A stretch of DNA of 64,000 nt from Blepharisma stoltei ATCC 30299. Its lineage: Eukaryota; Protista; Ciliophora. The translations under genes and the position numbers were made by a program. Numbering within the stretch: position 1 is the stretch's first letter; each line of letters begins with the position of its first letter. The stretch lies in the NCBI GenBank assembly GCA_965603825.1, contig CBFDEM010000037.1:372001-436000 (forward strand), in the 5' to 3' direction. Positions 33,969 to 44,840 of the stretch are shown piece by piece. The notes under the pieces were generated by a model that was given only the letters and a program-made list of their open reading frames with translations, did no database searches and was not told the origin of the DNA.

Positions 33969-34568
33969 TTACATTTTTGTTTCTGCATAAAAATGGGTTA
34001 CATCGCAATTGCTATCAATTCGTGATAGCTCAGGATCTTTAATATCTTTTTCAGACTCCGGAGACGAGAGGACAGACTTTATTGAAATTTCATCGAATAA
34101 AGGACTCTGGATAAGCTTTCCTAGCTTTAAGCTAGCTTTTTGCTCATAGAAGTTGACTAGATAATTTAAGTGAGGCATCATTTTCGGAGAAGCAAACTCT
34201 ACTTTAGGTTCGCAATAAGGCCTAAGCTTATCTTGATTGTAAAGTTCCCTTAAGGTTAAATTTCTGTTCTTTAATATGTCTCTATTAGTGCTTGATAAAG
34301 TAGTTCTATGAAAATTCGGTAAAAACTGCTTGATGTATTCTTTTCTTGATTGTTGAGGATTTAATTTGAAATCTGATCCAGTCCTTTTGAATTTGTATGC
34401 ATCTTTCTCATTAATTACATCACTGCTTCGTTTAGATGGATAGCTTGACTTAATATAATAGTTGGATTTCATTGAAATTAGCCTATTTAACGGCAAAGAT
34501 GGAACCGTTTCCTTTTTCTTTTCTTTGCAATTAAGAATAAGCCGCTTTTTCTTTGCATCTCCTTGCAT
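33969..34568 (-). CDS. Basic hypothetical protein (199 aa)
   Basis: ATG-to-TAA ORF; no recognised domain. Confidence 0.6.
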   Translation of the reverse strand: MQGDAKKKRLILNCKEKKKETVPSLPLNRLISMKSNYYIKSSYPSKRSSDVINEKDAYKFKRTGSDFKLNPQQSRKEYIKQFLPNFHRTTLSSTNRDILKNRNLTLRELYNQDKLRPYCEPKVEFASPKMMPHLNYLVNFYEQKASLKLGKLIQSPLFDEISIKSVLSSPESEKDIKDPELSRIDSNCDVTHFYAETKM

Positions 34569-34681
34569 TTCTATTTAATTTATGATAAATGTATATGCCG
34601 GAAATGGATCCATTTTTAAAAAGTTAGGAATTTCCCAGAAATAAATTTAAAATATCTACTAAACTAATGAAATTATAAAAT

Positions 34682-35788
34682 TTAATTTCCTTCAAATACA
34701 CTGATAAAAGGAGTTTCCAGCTTAGACTCTGAAGGAATGATTGAACTGAGCATGCTTTTTCTCTCAGGCTCTTCCAGCATTTTCCCTAGTACAAAATTGT
34801 GTTGTCCGAAATCATCCATCTTCACCTCTTCTTCCTCTTTGGTCAAGTTCCTCGGCACTATTTTATTTCTTTCCTCCAGCTCCTTTTTCTTCACATTAAT
34901 TCCAGCCTTTTTAAGCATTTTTTCCAGATATTTGACAACATTAGTATCATCAATCATAAGCAAAGTTTCTTCGTAATTATCAGTGATATCGCACTTAATT
35001 ACTTCAACTAGATATTCAAAAACCTCCAGGTAATCTTTATTCACGTTCTTTTTGCTTCCAGCAGCAGCGACTTGAACAACACCTTCATGCCTTTTATTTC
35101 GTAAATTAAAATTAGCTCTGCATGTCTCATGTAGAAACTTGATCATTGCGTAGTTTCCATTTCTTACAGCAATCATGGCACAGTTCTCTCCTGTATAGTC
35201 ATCTTGGTAATCGATGTCGAGAAAGTGAGGAACAAATGCTTCATCTTTAAAATAATTGTGAATGTAATTGATGACATTTATGTATCCTCGCTCGCATGCC
35301 AAGTGTATCGCAGTTTGCGGTTTTTTGATTGGCACATCAATGTATGCAGCTCTTTGAAAATCAACAGTCATGCTGTCTTCTGTGGTATGGGGAAGTGAGT
35401 CTTTATGGGTTGCAAGATAATGTGGGAGATAGTAATTCAGCATTTCTACATAGCCTTGCTGGCAAAGGATATCTAGAGGATTGATCCCTTGCTTCTCAAA
35501 AAGTTTTTCCATTGTCCCAATATTTGCACCAAGCTTCTGATGAAGGTGCTTAAAGACGTCAATTTTCCCCAAAACAAGGGAATATCCTAAAGAATTGACC
35601 TCAACTTCTTTATATCGTGTGATTGGCTCATTTAATAAAGAAGAGTCATTGTCTGGGAGAGGTTTTTCTAAAGGGCGAATGATTTGCTGGATTGATTTCG
35701 TGTTACTTCTTTCGATTGACTCTTTGAGTTTGAGTTGAATCATCTCAGATTTAGAATTGTCTCTTAGCTCGCTCGAACAGCACCCCAT
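34682..35788 (-). CDS. Ankyrin-repeat protein with MGCC dual-acylation motif (368 aa)
   Basis: QTAIHLACERGYINVINY, GENCAMIAVRNGNYAMIKFL, NPLDILCQQGYVEMLNY. Confidence 0.85.
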   Translation of the reverse strand: MGCCSSELRDNSKSEMIQLKLKESIERSNTKSIQQIIRPLEKPLPDNDSSLLNEPITRYKEVEVNSLGYSLVLGKIDVFKHLHQKLGANIGTMEKLFEKQGINPLDILCQQGYVEMLNYYLPHYLATHKDSLPHTTEDSMTVDFQRAAYIDVPIKKPQTAIHLACERGYINVINYIHNYFKDEAFVPHFLDIDYQDDYTGENCAMIAVRNGNYAMIKFLHETCRANFNLRNKRHEGVVQVAAAGSKKNVNKDYLEVFEYLVEVIKCDITDNYEETLLMIDDTNVVKYLEKMLKKAGINVKKKELEERNKIVPRNLTKEEEEVKMDDFGQHNFVLGKMLEEPERKSMLSSIIPSESKLETPFISVFEGN

Positions 35789-35985
35789 TCTATGATGTTA
35801 TGACAATTAAGATGATAAATGCAGATTTTTAAAATGTTGTTGAAAAAAGAAGGGAAATTTTTGAGACGAATTTCTATCTATCAGGACAGTTTAAATTAAT
35901 TTAGAGTTACTATATCATCCAAATAATCTATAATTACTCGATAAATCAATTTAGTAATTATGGAATTACGATTGTATAGAAGAAG

Positions 35986-36600
35986 TTAATTGAATCGTTT
36001 TTGAACCTCATTAGCCCTTGACTGTGGTAAAGCTGTAATACATCTTGAGTTTTCACTATTCTCAAAAATTGACCTATTTTCTCCTCTTGACACGCTTCTA
36101 ACCCTTTCATGAGAAATTTTTCCATTTAACAGCACATTATCTTTATTCAAAATTTTTCGATATTTTCTTGATTCCTTAAACGCTTTTTCCCACTCTGATA
36201 TTGAAAAATACGGCCTGATTCCAATCAATCTTTGAGCCAACTTTAAATTTTCGTCCTTTATCCTCCTTTGTTCTCTTTCCATAGCAGGCATCCTTATAGA
36301 GTGAGATCTTGCAGAATGATGCTCTTGTTTTGCACTTTGCTAATTGTTGGTTACTTTGTTGAATGATGTAATTTCGATTAATTGGTTTAGTAGCTTATAA
36401 TTTTCTGTCTGATGGCTTGAGCAAAAGCTTAAATTACTTGGAGAACATCTTTTCTTTTTTTTGCGATGCAAAATCTGTTGAGGTGAAGATGAAGATCCCA
36501 CACTTTTTGATGGGTTGCTTTTGATTTCTTTTAGCCGCTGCTTATGCTTATATTGTGTGATAATTCATTCTCTTTTAGTTGCAATATTAAGATCATTCAT
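35986..36600 (-). CDS. Hemingway/CFAP97-domain ciliary protein (199 aa), one 15-nt intron
   Basis: ATG 36600; HKQRLKEIK...ENYKLLNQLIEI...REQRRIKDENLKLAQRLIGIRPYFSISEW; intron 36340-36354. Confidence 0.75.
36340..36354 (-). other. 15-nt GT-AG intron
   Basis: gtaaccaacaattag (minus strand), phase 0. Confidence 0.78.
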
Positions 36601-36974
36601 GATATAATAACCCAAGCAGCTTTTGTTATGATTACATAATAAAAAATTTAAATGCTAACTAGGGCTGAAGTCTATTTGAAATGGAAATCCTAGATGTGTA
36701 TAGAAAAGTTGCAAATTCTGAGTAAGGATGCATTGATGTGTTCGAAAGTGTATGCTCTGAAGGGCATAATGAAACTGAAGATCAAAATTTACCAATATTT
36801 AATGATTCAGAAAATAAACAAATCGCTTTAATCCTACAGAAGAAGCTAAAAATTATAATGCAGAGCTGACTGAAGAAAATAAGGTCGAGTATTTTGAGAA
36901 TGTATATTGGAAGATAGAGTTAGATGCTAATGATTTAGAAGAAATAGTTTAATATAGATTATTTATTTTATAAA

Positions 36975-37862
36975 ATGAACGTATTAAAAAGGCCTCGAAT
37001 TGACCAAGGGCTTCTTTACGACACAATTCAGCTTGCTCATATGAACACAAATATAAAGGAATCACCTTTGTTTAACCACTACATCTGAACCCACGACATA
37101 CATTCGCTAAGTAGAATCCCAGAGCCTGACTTAGATGAAGAAACCTCTTTATCAGCTCAAGGCCGCATGAAGATAAAACAGGCAAAATTTCAAGGAGAAT
37201 CCTTTGACGAAATTCCTCCTCTGAAAATAATCCAGACAAAGTCTCAAATTACTCTTGATAAAACACACCCAAGCACAAAAAGAACGGAAACACTAGAAGC
37301 TTTAGAAAACTCTGAAATTGTAGCCCAGGATAAGCAACGGCATAATAAAAAGGAAAAAGTGATTGGGTTCACAGATACAATGAGGAACCATTTCGAGATC
37401 GTGGATAAGTTACTGAACCAGAAAAGGGAAGAAAGGATTATTAAAGAAAAAATTGATGAGCTGACAAGGAAATCTAAAAGTATGAAGCTACTTGATGTGA
37501 AGAAATATGAGAAGATTTACCAAGATTTGTTTAATACAAATGATATTCTATCAAATGCTACTGCGAGGAAAAATTTAGATCTCATGAGTAATATAGTGAA
37601 TGTTCATAAAGAAATAAGTCCAAAAGATCACCAGATTTCTACGTTTCCAGAGATTTCAAATTCGAGGAATGCATATAAGCAAAAGTCTGTTAAGGTATTT
37701 TAAATGTAGAAAAATGTTGGGGAAAATGGGTTTCTACCTTCAGAACGAATAAAAAATCTGAAACTCAAAGAAAAAGAAGCAAGAACAAATAGAAAGTATA
37801 ATAGATTACCTTTCACTGTAAATCATAAGCAGCTTTATAGAGGAATTACTGATGAATTATAG
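36975..37862 (+). CDS. Hypothetical protein (290 aa), one 15-nt intron
   Basis: ATG 36975 is in frame with track ORF 37167 through one TGA; intron 37695-37709 removes a TAA and the frame continues to TAG 37860-37862. Confidence 0.7.
37695..37709 (+). other. 15-nt GT-AG intron
   Basis: gtattttaaatgtag, phase 0, with an in-frame TAA inside. Confidence 0.7.
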
Positions 37863-38215
37863 TAATTAGTTGCAAGTATTGAGAAATTAATTAATTTATG
37901 AACCATCGTTAAAAATCAGTTTGCAATAAGTTCTTATTTTAATATATGATAATATAGTTCGCAAGATATTAGATCGCTCTGAACTGGAGAAACCTGGCTA
38001 TTACCAGAATTGATCAGCTCACTGAGATTGATAAAGCATCTTTAGAAATCAGTAAATGCCTCATATAGGTGCATTTAACACATCCTTATGAATGCTATTG
38101 AGCCATTCAATGCAACTAGGATCTATATAATTATTTTGAAAACCTTCAAAAAGTTTTGAGAGTTGAAAGTTAATTCAATTATGCTAAGTCCCCCTCCCTT
38201 ATAATAAAAAATTGG

Positions 38216-38791
38216 ATGACTACTCAACAGCCAGTTGCCAAAAAACAGCCAAGAAATATCGTAGAGTTCAAAAAACTCAAGCTGAATGATACAGATTATC
38301 ACGTAGGAGACACAGTTCAAATCAAAGAATACTATGACGACAGTGCTTATGGTACAATTGTGAAGATCTGGAAAGACACAAATAAACCTGATGCTTATGT
38401 GAAGCTTAGATGGTTTTACAAGCCAGCTGATGTTTTTCATGAAGATCACGATTTTATTTCCCGAGCAGAGCTGTTTGATAGTGACAATATTCAAGACATA
38501 TGGGTTCAATCTCTATATGATAAAGTGACTGTGCTTTCTTTTGAGGATTATCATTGTTTGGATGAAGTAGATGACGATGTTTTCTTTTCAAGAGCAGTAT
38601 ATAATTATAAAGATGGCACAATTACTCCGCCAATTTCTGAATGGAAAAAGAACTGTATATGCAAGTCGATAATAAATCCAGATACTCTATATGTAGCTTG
38701 TGATAATTGCTGGGAATTATTCCATCCTCACTGTGTGGGAATTAGCCCTGATGATCCTGGAGAATGGTTTTGCAGAAATTGCAAACAATAG
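38216..38791 (+). CDS. BAH-PHD chromatin reader (EBS/SHL-like), 191 aa
   Basis: BAH: YHVGDTV...YGTIVKIW...VKLRWFYKP.D...ELFDSD...KVTVLSFEDY. PHD: CICK...NPD..YVACDNC..LFHPHCVG...WFCRNC. Confidence 0.9.
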   Translation: MTTQQPVAKKQPRNIVEFKKLKLNDTDYHVGDTVQIKEYYDDSAYGTIVKIWKDTNKPDAYVKLRWFYKPADVFHEDHDFISRAELFDSDNIQDIWVQSLYDKVTVLSFEDYHCLDEVDDDVFFSRAVYNYKDGTITPPISEWKKNCICKSIINPDTLYVACDNCWELFHPHCVGISPDDPGEWFCRNCKQ

Positions 38792-39514
38792 AGACTATAG
38801 ATGATCTTCAATAATATAATTTAACCTTTGTCCAAAATAAAATTAAATTGCGAAATTAAGACAGATTTTATATTATTGGAAAATAAAACTATTGAAAAAT
38901 GATAAATACTTTCTTACATATTTAAGCACTTAATTATCATCAGCTTTTATCAATAAGTATAATTTCTAAAAATTTAATTTCTTAAATTTTGACATAAGAT
39001 TTAATTTAGTTTTTAAAATTAATTCTTATAAAATTGCTTTGCTCTAAGTAATTTCTTTTGGATAATACATAGTTAAGTCATTTTTTTAAGATCATGAACT
39101 TGTGCTAATTATAAATAATATTTTCTCTCATAAAAATTTATTATTCCTTACATTTAAAAATCAAAATACATTTTTTTTAATAATCTCCCTCTTCTCGAGG
39201 AAACTAGTGAATTTATTTTCCTTATTGCTTAATAATTTAAAAGATCGTTATATTTCAGATTTAAATTATTTATTTAGCATAAAAAACAATAAAAAACTTA
39301 TAATTATTTCAATTTCTAAATGCTCAATATAAATAGAGTTTATGGGACTATCATATCTATTAAATTTATTAAAACATGGAAAAATATATGGCTTTCATAA
39401 TTTTAGAAGATTGATTTAAGCTGAATAAGAAAATAGTTTAAAGATCAATTATGATTGGGAAGACATAATTTCACAATCTCACTTAGTGATTCTACTTTAG
39501 CAATAATAAATAAG

Positions 39515-41542
39515 ATGGAGCAAGATGCAGAAGCAGAATTCAGTCTATCAAACTTGATTATCCATTCTAATTCTGAAGACCCTAAATCTCCTAATGCAAT
39601 ATTAAAACCTCAAAAACAAATAACTGCTATTGACTTTATTCCTAAAGCAAATTTTGAATTGATGTGAGATAAAAACAATTGAAATGGGAAATATTTAATT
39701 CATGCAGAAAGCTATTGAAAGCTGACTTGAGATATTTTTATTTTATTTAGCCTAATTTTGCAAGGAATTTATGTTCCTTTTGCGATCAGCTTTGATGTTG
39801 CATCAGCAGGGTTTTTAATTTATTACGATTTTATTGTTTCCTTAGCTTTTATTGTTGATATTATTTTTAATTTCAACACAGGATTTTTCAAAAGAGGCAT
39901 ATTAATTATGAATAGGAAACTGATTGCTTGAAACTACCTTAAAACTTGATTTATATTGGATATTCTGTCAAGTTTTCCTTATTCTTGAATTATTCAAGGT
40001 GGAATATTTCAAAATGATACCGTCAACAATACTCTTAGTGCAACAAGACTGCTAAGGACATTCCGAATACCGAGGTTCATTAAAATACTTAGATTAATAA
40101 AATTTGCAAAAATCAAGCTTTTTTTAGTGAAAATTGAGGATAACATCTTCAATGACTATTTGATCCAAGTTTTTCATTTTTTTCGATTCATTATAGTCAT
40201 ATTTACAATTGCACATTGGCTAGCTTGCCTTTGGCATTATACTGGAGTGTCTCAAGGGTTATCTGCTTCCAATACATGAGTTAATCTTTATGAAGAAAAA
40301 GATGTAAAAACTCCAACAAAGGGCGAAATGTATGTAACAAGCTTATATTGAGCCATAACAACACTACTTACTATTGGATACGGAGATATTCATGCTCAAA
40401 CAACTCCAGAAAAAATCGTTGCAATGATATCTATGGTTTTTGCTTCTGCTTTTTATGGCTTTGCTTTAGGAAGTATACATGAATTTGTTGAGAGAACTAC
40501 TCTTAAGGAAAGGAAGCATAGGGAATCAATTATTGCAATGACAAATCATATGAGGAGGAAAAGAATTCCTAAAGAATTGCAATTTAAAGTCAGAAATTAT
40601 TTAGAGTACGTTTATGAAAATCAAAAAAATATAAACATAAGAGAAGATGAAATTCTTAATCTCCTTAGTGAGCCATTAAAAGATGAAATAACTGCATACA
40701 TACACTATCCTGCAATTAAAAGCTGCCCAATTTTTATGAAATACCTGAGCCTAGAAGCTCTATCAATAGTACTAAAAAATCTAAGAGAAGAAACCTATGC
40801 ACCTGACGATGAAATATTTTCTGAAGGAGAAAAGAATAGAACCATATATATCATTATAGAAGGCTCTATTTTTATTTATTACAAACAATTTAAAACTCAT
40901 TTAGCAGATCTTCGTAAGGGGGATTATTTTGGAGAAATTGGATTTTTTGCAGGTCATCCTCGCACTGCCAGTGCTCATTGCGCTGGCTTTGCTGATCTTC
41001 TATCCTTGAAATTTGAAGATGCTTATAACTCACTTTATAAAGATACAAAATCTCAAGAAGTGCTGATGCTAATTCAGTCAGCTTGCAGACGTGAAGACTA
41101 TTCAGAAATTGGGGTATCATGCTATATATGCCAGAACACAGGCCATGTTGCCACCAAGTGTAGTTTTCTTAGCCCTCATAATGACCAAGCTAAAAAGCAA
41201 TGACTTGCCAAAAACTTTAAAGGATTGAAAAAAATCAATCCACATGATCCAAGTATGCCAAAGCTTTGTCGTAAGTCCAGGGTTGTTAAAAGAAGGATTG
41301 AAGCAAACAATATTCTGGGTATTAAGAGAACCCCAGAAGAAATGTATAAAAATGATGATGTTCTTAGACGTAAAGTCTCGCACTACCTAAATATTTCGAA
41401 ACCCCCTATTAGTGTTTCCACAACTCTATCAGAGGCAAGTCTAAAACAAGATACCGTTTTTGAAATTCCAACTCTCTATCGATATTCAATGATTCTTCCA
41501 GATACACTGAGTGACGAAGATGAAGACAAAAAGGAAGAATAA
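39515..41542 (+). CDS. Cyclic-nucleotide-binding voltage-gated K+ channel (KCNH/HCN-like) with C-terminal CCHC knuckle, 675 aa
   Basis: One frame with ten TGA(Trp). S4 RLLRTFRIPRFIKILRLIK, pore LYWAITTLLTIGYGDI, C-linker, CNBD FGEIGF...PRTASA and CYICQNTGHVATKC. Confidence 0.92.
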
Positions 41543-41766
41543 AGAAAAAAACTCTTATTGTATTGCTAATATATATTTTTTTAAATTTCACCATTATAAT
41601 TATTTTTTCATAGATCAAATAACAATTTTTAATTTTATAATGACCTTACAATAAAGATTATTGAATAAAAAATTCGTTTTTAGTATTGAAAATAAAATAG
41701 CCTGATTCAATCTTTCGATTTTTTTTTGATCACAAAATAGATAACTCCCATAATTTAAATTATATA

Positions 41767-43296
41767 ATGAGAGATCGAATTCAAGCTAAGGAAAGCCCAA
41801 ATGCTACTCACCAAAGTCTCCAATATCGGCAAACTATAGAAAGTTTAAAAGCTGAAACAAAAAAGCTAAAGGACCAAATGCAGCTTGATCACATACATAC
41901 AGCCCCTATAGGAAACGAATCACATATTGCTCGCCTTCAAGATCAAGGTGACATCTACACTAGAAAAATTGAAATCGAGACCAAGAAGCGTGACGAGCTT
42001 GACAAAAAAATTATTGAAATGCAAGAAAAAATTATTAACAAACGTGCAGCATTGGGAGCTGCAAAGCGAAATAAAGAAACGAATGATACAATAGTCCAGA
42101 AAATCAAAAAAACAGAGCATAAACTCGATAAAACCTTGCAGAAATATAACGAAGCTGTAGCACAAAATAAAAAATTGCATGACCAAATTGATTCATTGAG
42201 AAGAGAAAAGCTTGTTTATCAAACCCTGCGTCAAAGTTTAACCGAAGAAGTTGATAAAAAGCAGCAAGAAATGAAACAAATTGAATCTCAAAAGGAGCAA
42301 GCTAAGATCCAAAGAGACGAAGCTAAAAAGAAATTATTAAGTCTTAAAGAAACTGCCGAAAGGGAGCAAGCTAAGTTCAAGCAAGAGTGGCAAGAATTAA
42401 CAGAGCTGATAAAAAATGATTCGAAAATAAAAGATTATTTGGATTTAAGGCAGGAAGAAAAAGAAGATGAAAGCCAAGAAGAAAGCTTATTAAAAAAACA
42501 TGATATGGACATTATCAAAAACTTAGATCGTACAGGATCGATCAGTAAAAAAGATAGAGAAAACATTAGAGAAGCGGTCAAAAAGGTAGAGCAATATGAA
42601 GAAGCTTTTAAGAAAATCGAAGAAGCTACAGGGCTATCTGACATCGATCAAATTGTCAGAACTTTTGTAGAAGCTGAAAAACATAATTATTCATTATATA
42701 ATTATGTAAATGAGCTAAGCAATGACATTGAAAGACTAGAAAAGCAAATAGCTCAAATTAAAGCAGAGATAGAAAAATACAAAGGAAAAGGAATAAACAC
42801 AGACAATCAAAGGAAAAAAATTATGAGTGATTTAGAAGTAAGACTCAGCATGACTGAATCAAGAGCTGAAAATTACGAAAGAAAATACGAAAAGACCATG
42901 AAAACAATAAATGCACTAAAAATTGGGATTCAACAGATTTTAAAAAAAATTGGCTGCAATAACGAAATGACAGAAATGATGTTGGATACGCAAGGAGTTG
43001 ATGAGTCTAACATGATGCAATGCCTTGGCGTGATTGAGCTGAGGACCAATGAAATACTGCAAATGTATTGGGGCTGCACTAATGATCATTCTTACGCTCC
43101 ATCACAAGCTTTGCCATCGAATACACATCATAGTCAGCAGATTGCAGTAAAGCAGCCAATAAAAATTGAAATTGATGCTCCGCCTCTTAAAGATGAAAAG
43201 GACCCTGGAGAAGAAGATGATAAAGGAAACTTGCTGACAAGAGAGGAAATGAATGATAGAGCAATTATAAGAAGTGTTCAGTATAAGAAAAGATAA
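41767..43296 (+). CDS. Outer dynein arm docking complex subunit (ODA-DC2/CCDC63/CCDC114-like), 509 aa
   Basis: E.KLDK.L.KYNEAVAQNKKL..QIDSLRREK, YEEAFKKI.EATG..DID..V..F..AE..NYSLYNYVNEL, NMMQCLGVIE.RTNEIL. Confidence 0.88.
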   Translation: MRDRIQAKESPNATHQSLQYRQTIESLKAETKKLKDQMQLDHIHTAPIGNESHIARLQDQGDIYTRKIEIETKKRDELDKKIIEMQEKIINKRAALGAAKRNKETNDTIVQKIKKTEHKLDKTLQKYNEAVAQNKKLHDQIDSLRREKLVYQTLRQSLTEEVDKKQQEMKQIESQKEQAKIQRDEAKKKLLSLKETAEREQAKFKQEWQELTELIKNDSKIKDYLDLRQEEKEDESQEESLLKKHDMDIIKNLDRTGSISKKDRENIREAVKKVEQYEEAFKKIEEATGLSDIDQIVRTFVEAEKHNYSLYNYVNELSNDIERLEKQIAQIKAEIEKYKGKGINTDNQRKKIMSDLEVRLSMTESRAENYERKYEKTMKTINALKIGIQQILKKIGCNNEMTEMMLDTQGVDESNMMQCLGVIELRTNEILQMYWGCTNDHSYAPSQALPSNTHHSQQIAVKQPIKIEIDAPPLKDEKDPGEEDDKGNLLTREEMNDRAIIRSVQYKKR

Positions 43297-43343
43297 TAAA
43301 TCAATGAAACTAATTTATAAATTAGGAATTTTATAGTCCTGAT

Positions 43344-43348
43344 AAAAA
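43344..43348 (-). terminator. Pol III oligo-T terminator of tRNA-Ala
   Basis: TTTTT immediately 3' of the discriminator base on the minus strand. Confidence 0.75.
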
Positions 43349-43421
43349 TGGAAGACCGGGGTATCGATCCCCGTGCCTCTTGCATGCTAAGCAAGCGCTC
43401 TACCATTTGAGCTAGACTCCC
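43349..43421 (-). tRNA. tRNA-Ala (anticodon AGC)
   Basis: GGGAGTC TA GCTC AAATGGTA GAGC G CTTGC TTAGCAT GCAAG AGGCA CGGGG ATCGATA CCCCG GTCTTCC A. Full cloverleaf, G3:U70 identity pair, A54-type T-loop, one U6:U67 mismatch. Confidence 0.95.
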
Positions 43422-43672
43422 AATTGAAATTATATGATATTGTATAATATTTATAGTAAAAATGCAAATGAGATAAGATTTATTTTTTAATATAACTAAT
43501 AAAATAGCCAAATAAAACAAAAATTAAAATCTTGCAATAGAAATTCACATCAAGCTATATAATAAAGAATAATTAATAAAATTGATTATAAAAAATTATA
43601 CTCACTTTTTACTTTTTAGGGTCTTGAAGTAATCCATTTTATGCTACAAGGTATCCGAATAAAATATAAAAT

Positions 43673-44815
43673 ATGAGTTTAAGGTCACGCATAAATGAGC
43701 TTCTTGACTCAAAACAAACTGAAGAAGCTGTCCGAACAATCCAAAGACGGTCACAAGAAATAACAAGCTCCGATCTCCAGTCTATTTATTATTTAATCCA
43801 GCAAGCACTCGATTACAAGCAAGCTGACCTAGCCGTTGCCGCTCTCAAAGCATTTGAAAAATCTCCAGTGCAGCTTGATCCCTACGATTTTAAATCCTGC
43901 ATCAAAAACCTCTTAAGAGTGGGCACACTTGACCAAGGTCTTGACATTATGATTACCTATATCGAAGCAAAAATAATAAAAGATGCTAAAGCTGCCTTGG
44001 TCTACATTGAATCAGCATTGGAAGTCCAAGGATTTGAACAAAGCTTTGCCTTGATAATGAAACTGATTGAAAAAAAAATTCCATTGATCGAGCAGTTCTG
44101 GGAAGCGACTATTAAAGGATATTTACGGAAAGATGGGATTCAGCACGCAGGACAATGTTTGAGGCTCTTAGAACCTCCCGTTTTAGATTGCTTAAGGTTG
44201 TGGGAAGAATATTTTGACAGATGCATTGCTGGGAATCTTTTTGAAGCAGCATATGAAACTGTCATAGAAGTTTCTTTAAAATCGAACCGGAGGACGTCAG
44301 AAAAATGGTGGAATAGCCTTCTGAAAAAAGCGTCTTTAAGTTCAAGCACTTCAGGATACGATGTAAGTAGAATCCTAAATCAGATCAATGAAGTCCAGCT
44401 TCAAATTGAAGATGATTCTTTGCTTTGCGCATTTTCAAAGTTTGTAAAATCAAGTGAAAGTGATAAAATTGTACCCTATATTCGGTTATTCAAAAAAGAT
44501 ATCACTAGAAATTTATTATCGAATTTAATATCGTCGTTAATCGAAAAACATTTAGCCAAAGAAGCACTTGAAATAGCAAATTTGGTCGTACTGGAATTTT
44601 TTGGTCAGCAAATAAGTATTGAATCATTGAACTTGAACAACGACAAACTTAAATGGATTGTAAAACAGCAGCAGCTTCAGATGATAAAACTTATGAGAGC
44701 AGTCAGACAGCCAGAAGAAGAAAAAGAAAAAGTTAAAGCTGCTCCATTATGTGAGGAAGATAAAAGCAAAATGAGTACAGACCCTCTGGAAGAGGATGAA
44801 TTTATGTTCTTATAA
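43673..44815 (+). CDS. Alpha-solenoid (PPR/TPR-like) hypothetical protein, 380 aa
   Basis: Repeated helical hairpins of about 35 aa (e.g. FKSCIKNLLRVGTLDQGLDIM, WEATIKGYLRKDGIQHAGQCL). Confidence 0.6.
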   Translation: MSLRSRINELLDSKQTEEAVRTIQRRSQEITSSDLQSIYYLIQQALDYKQADLAVAALKAFEKSPVQLDPYDFKSCIKNLLRVGTLDQGLDIMITYIEAKIIKDAKAALVYIESALEVQGFEQSFALIMKLIEKKIPLIEQFWEATIKGYLRKDGIQHAGQCLRLLEPPVLDCLRLWEEYFDRCIAGNLFEAAYETVIEVSLKSNRRTSEKWWNSLLKKASLSSSTSGYDVSRILNQINEVQLQIEDDSLLCAFSKFVKSSESDKIVPYIRLFKKDITRNLLSNLISSLIEKHLAKEALEIANLVVLEFFGQQISIESLNLNNDKLKWIVKQQQLQMIKLMRAVRQPEEEKEKVKAAPLCEEDKSKMSTDPLEEDEFMFL

Positions 44816-44840
44816 GAATTTACAATAATATTGGTTAATA

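Noticed and set aside
37930-38190. H/ACA RNA or small gene upstream of BAH-PHD
   Set aside because: The hairpin before ACA is only about 25 nt, and minus-strand coding-like stretches are broken in all frames; not enough support.
38800-39500. Long AT-rich spacers (also 10100-11160, 53500-54300, 57800-58200) as IESs or mobile elements, and their short ORFs as genes
   Set aside because: No terminal inverted repeats, transposase or telomeric repeats seen; TA boundaries are uninformative at this AT content; the ORFs are I/F/N/K-rich noise.
43278-43520. 80-aa ORF on the minus strand
   Set aside because: It is a translation through the tRNA-Ala gene.
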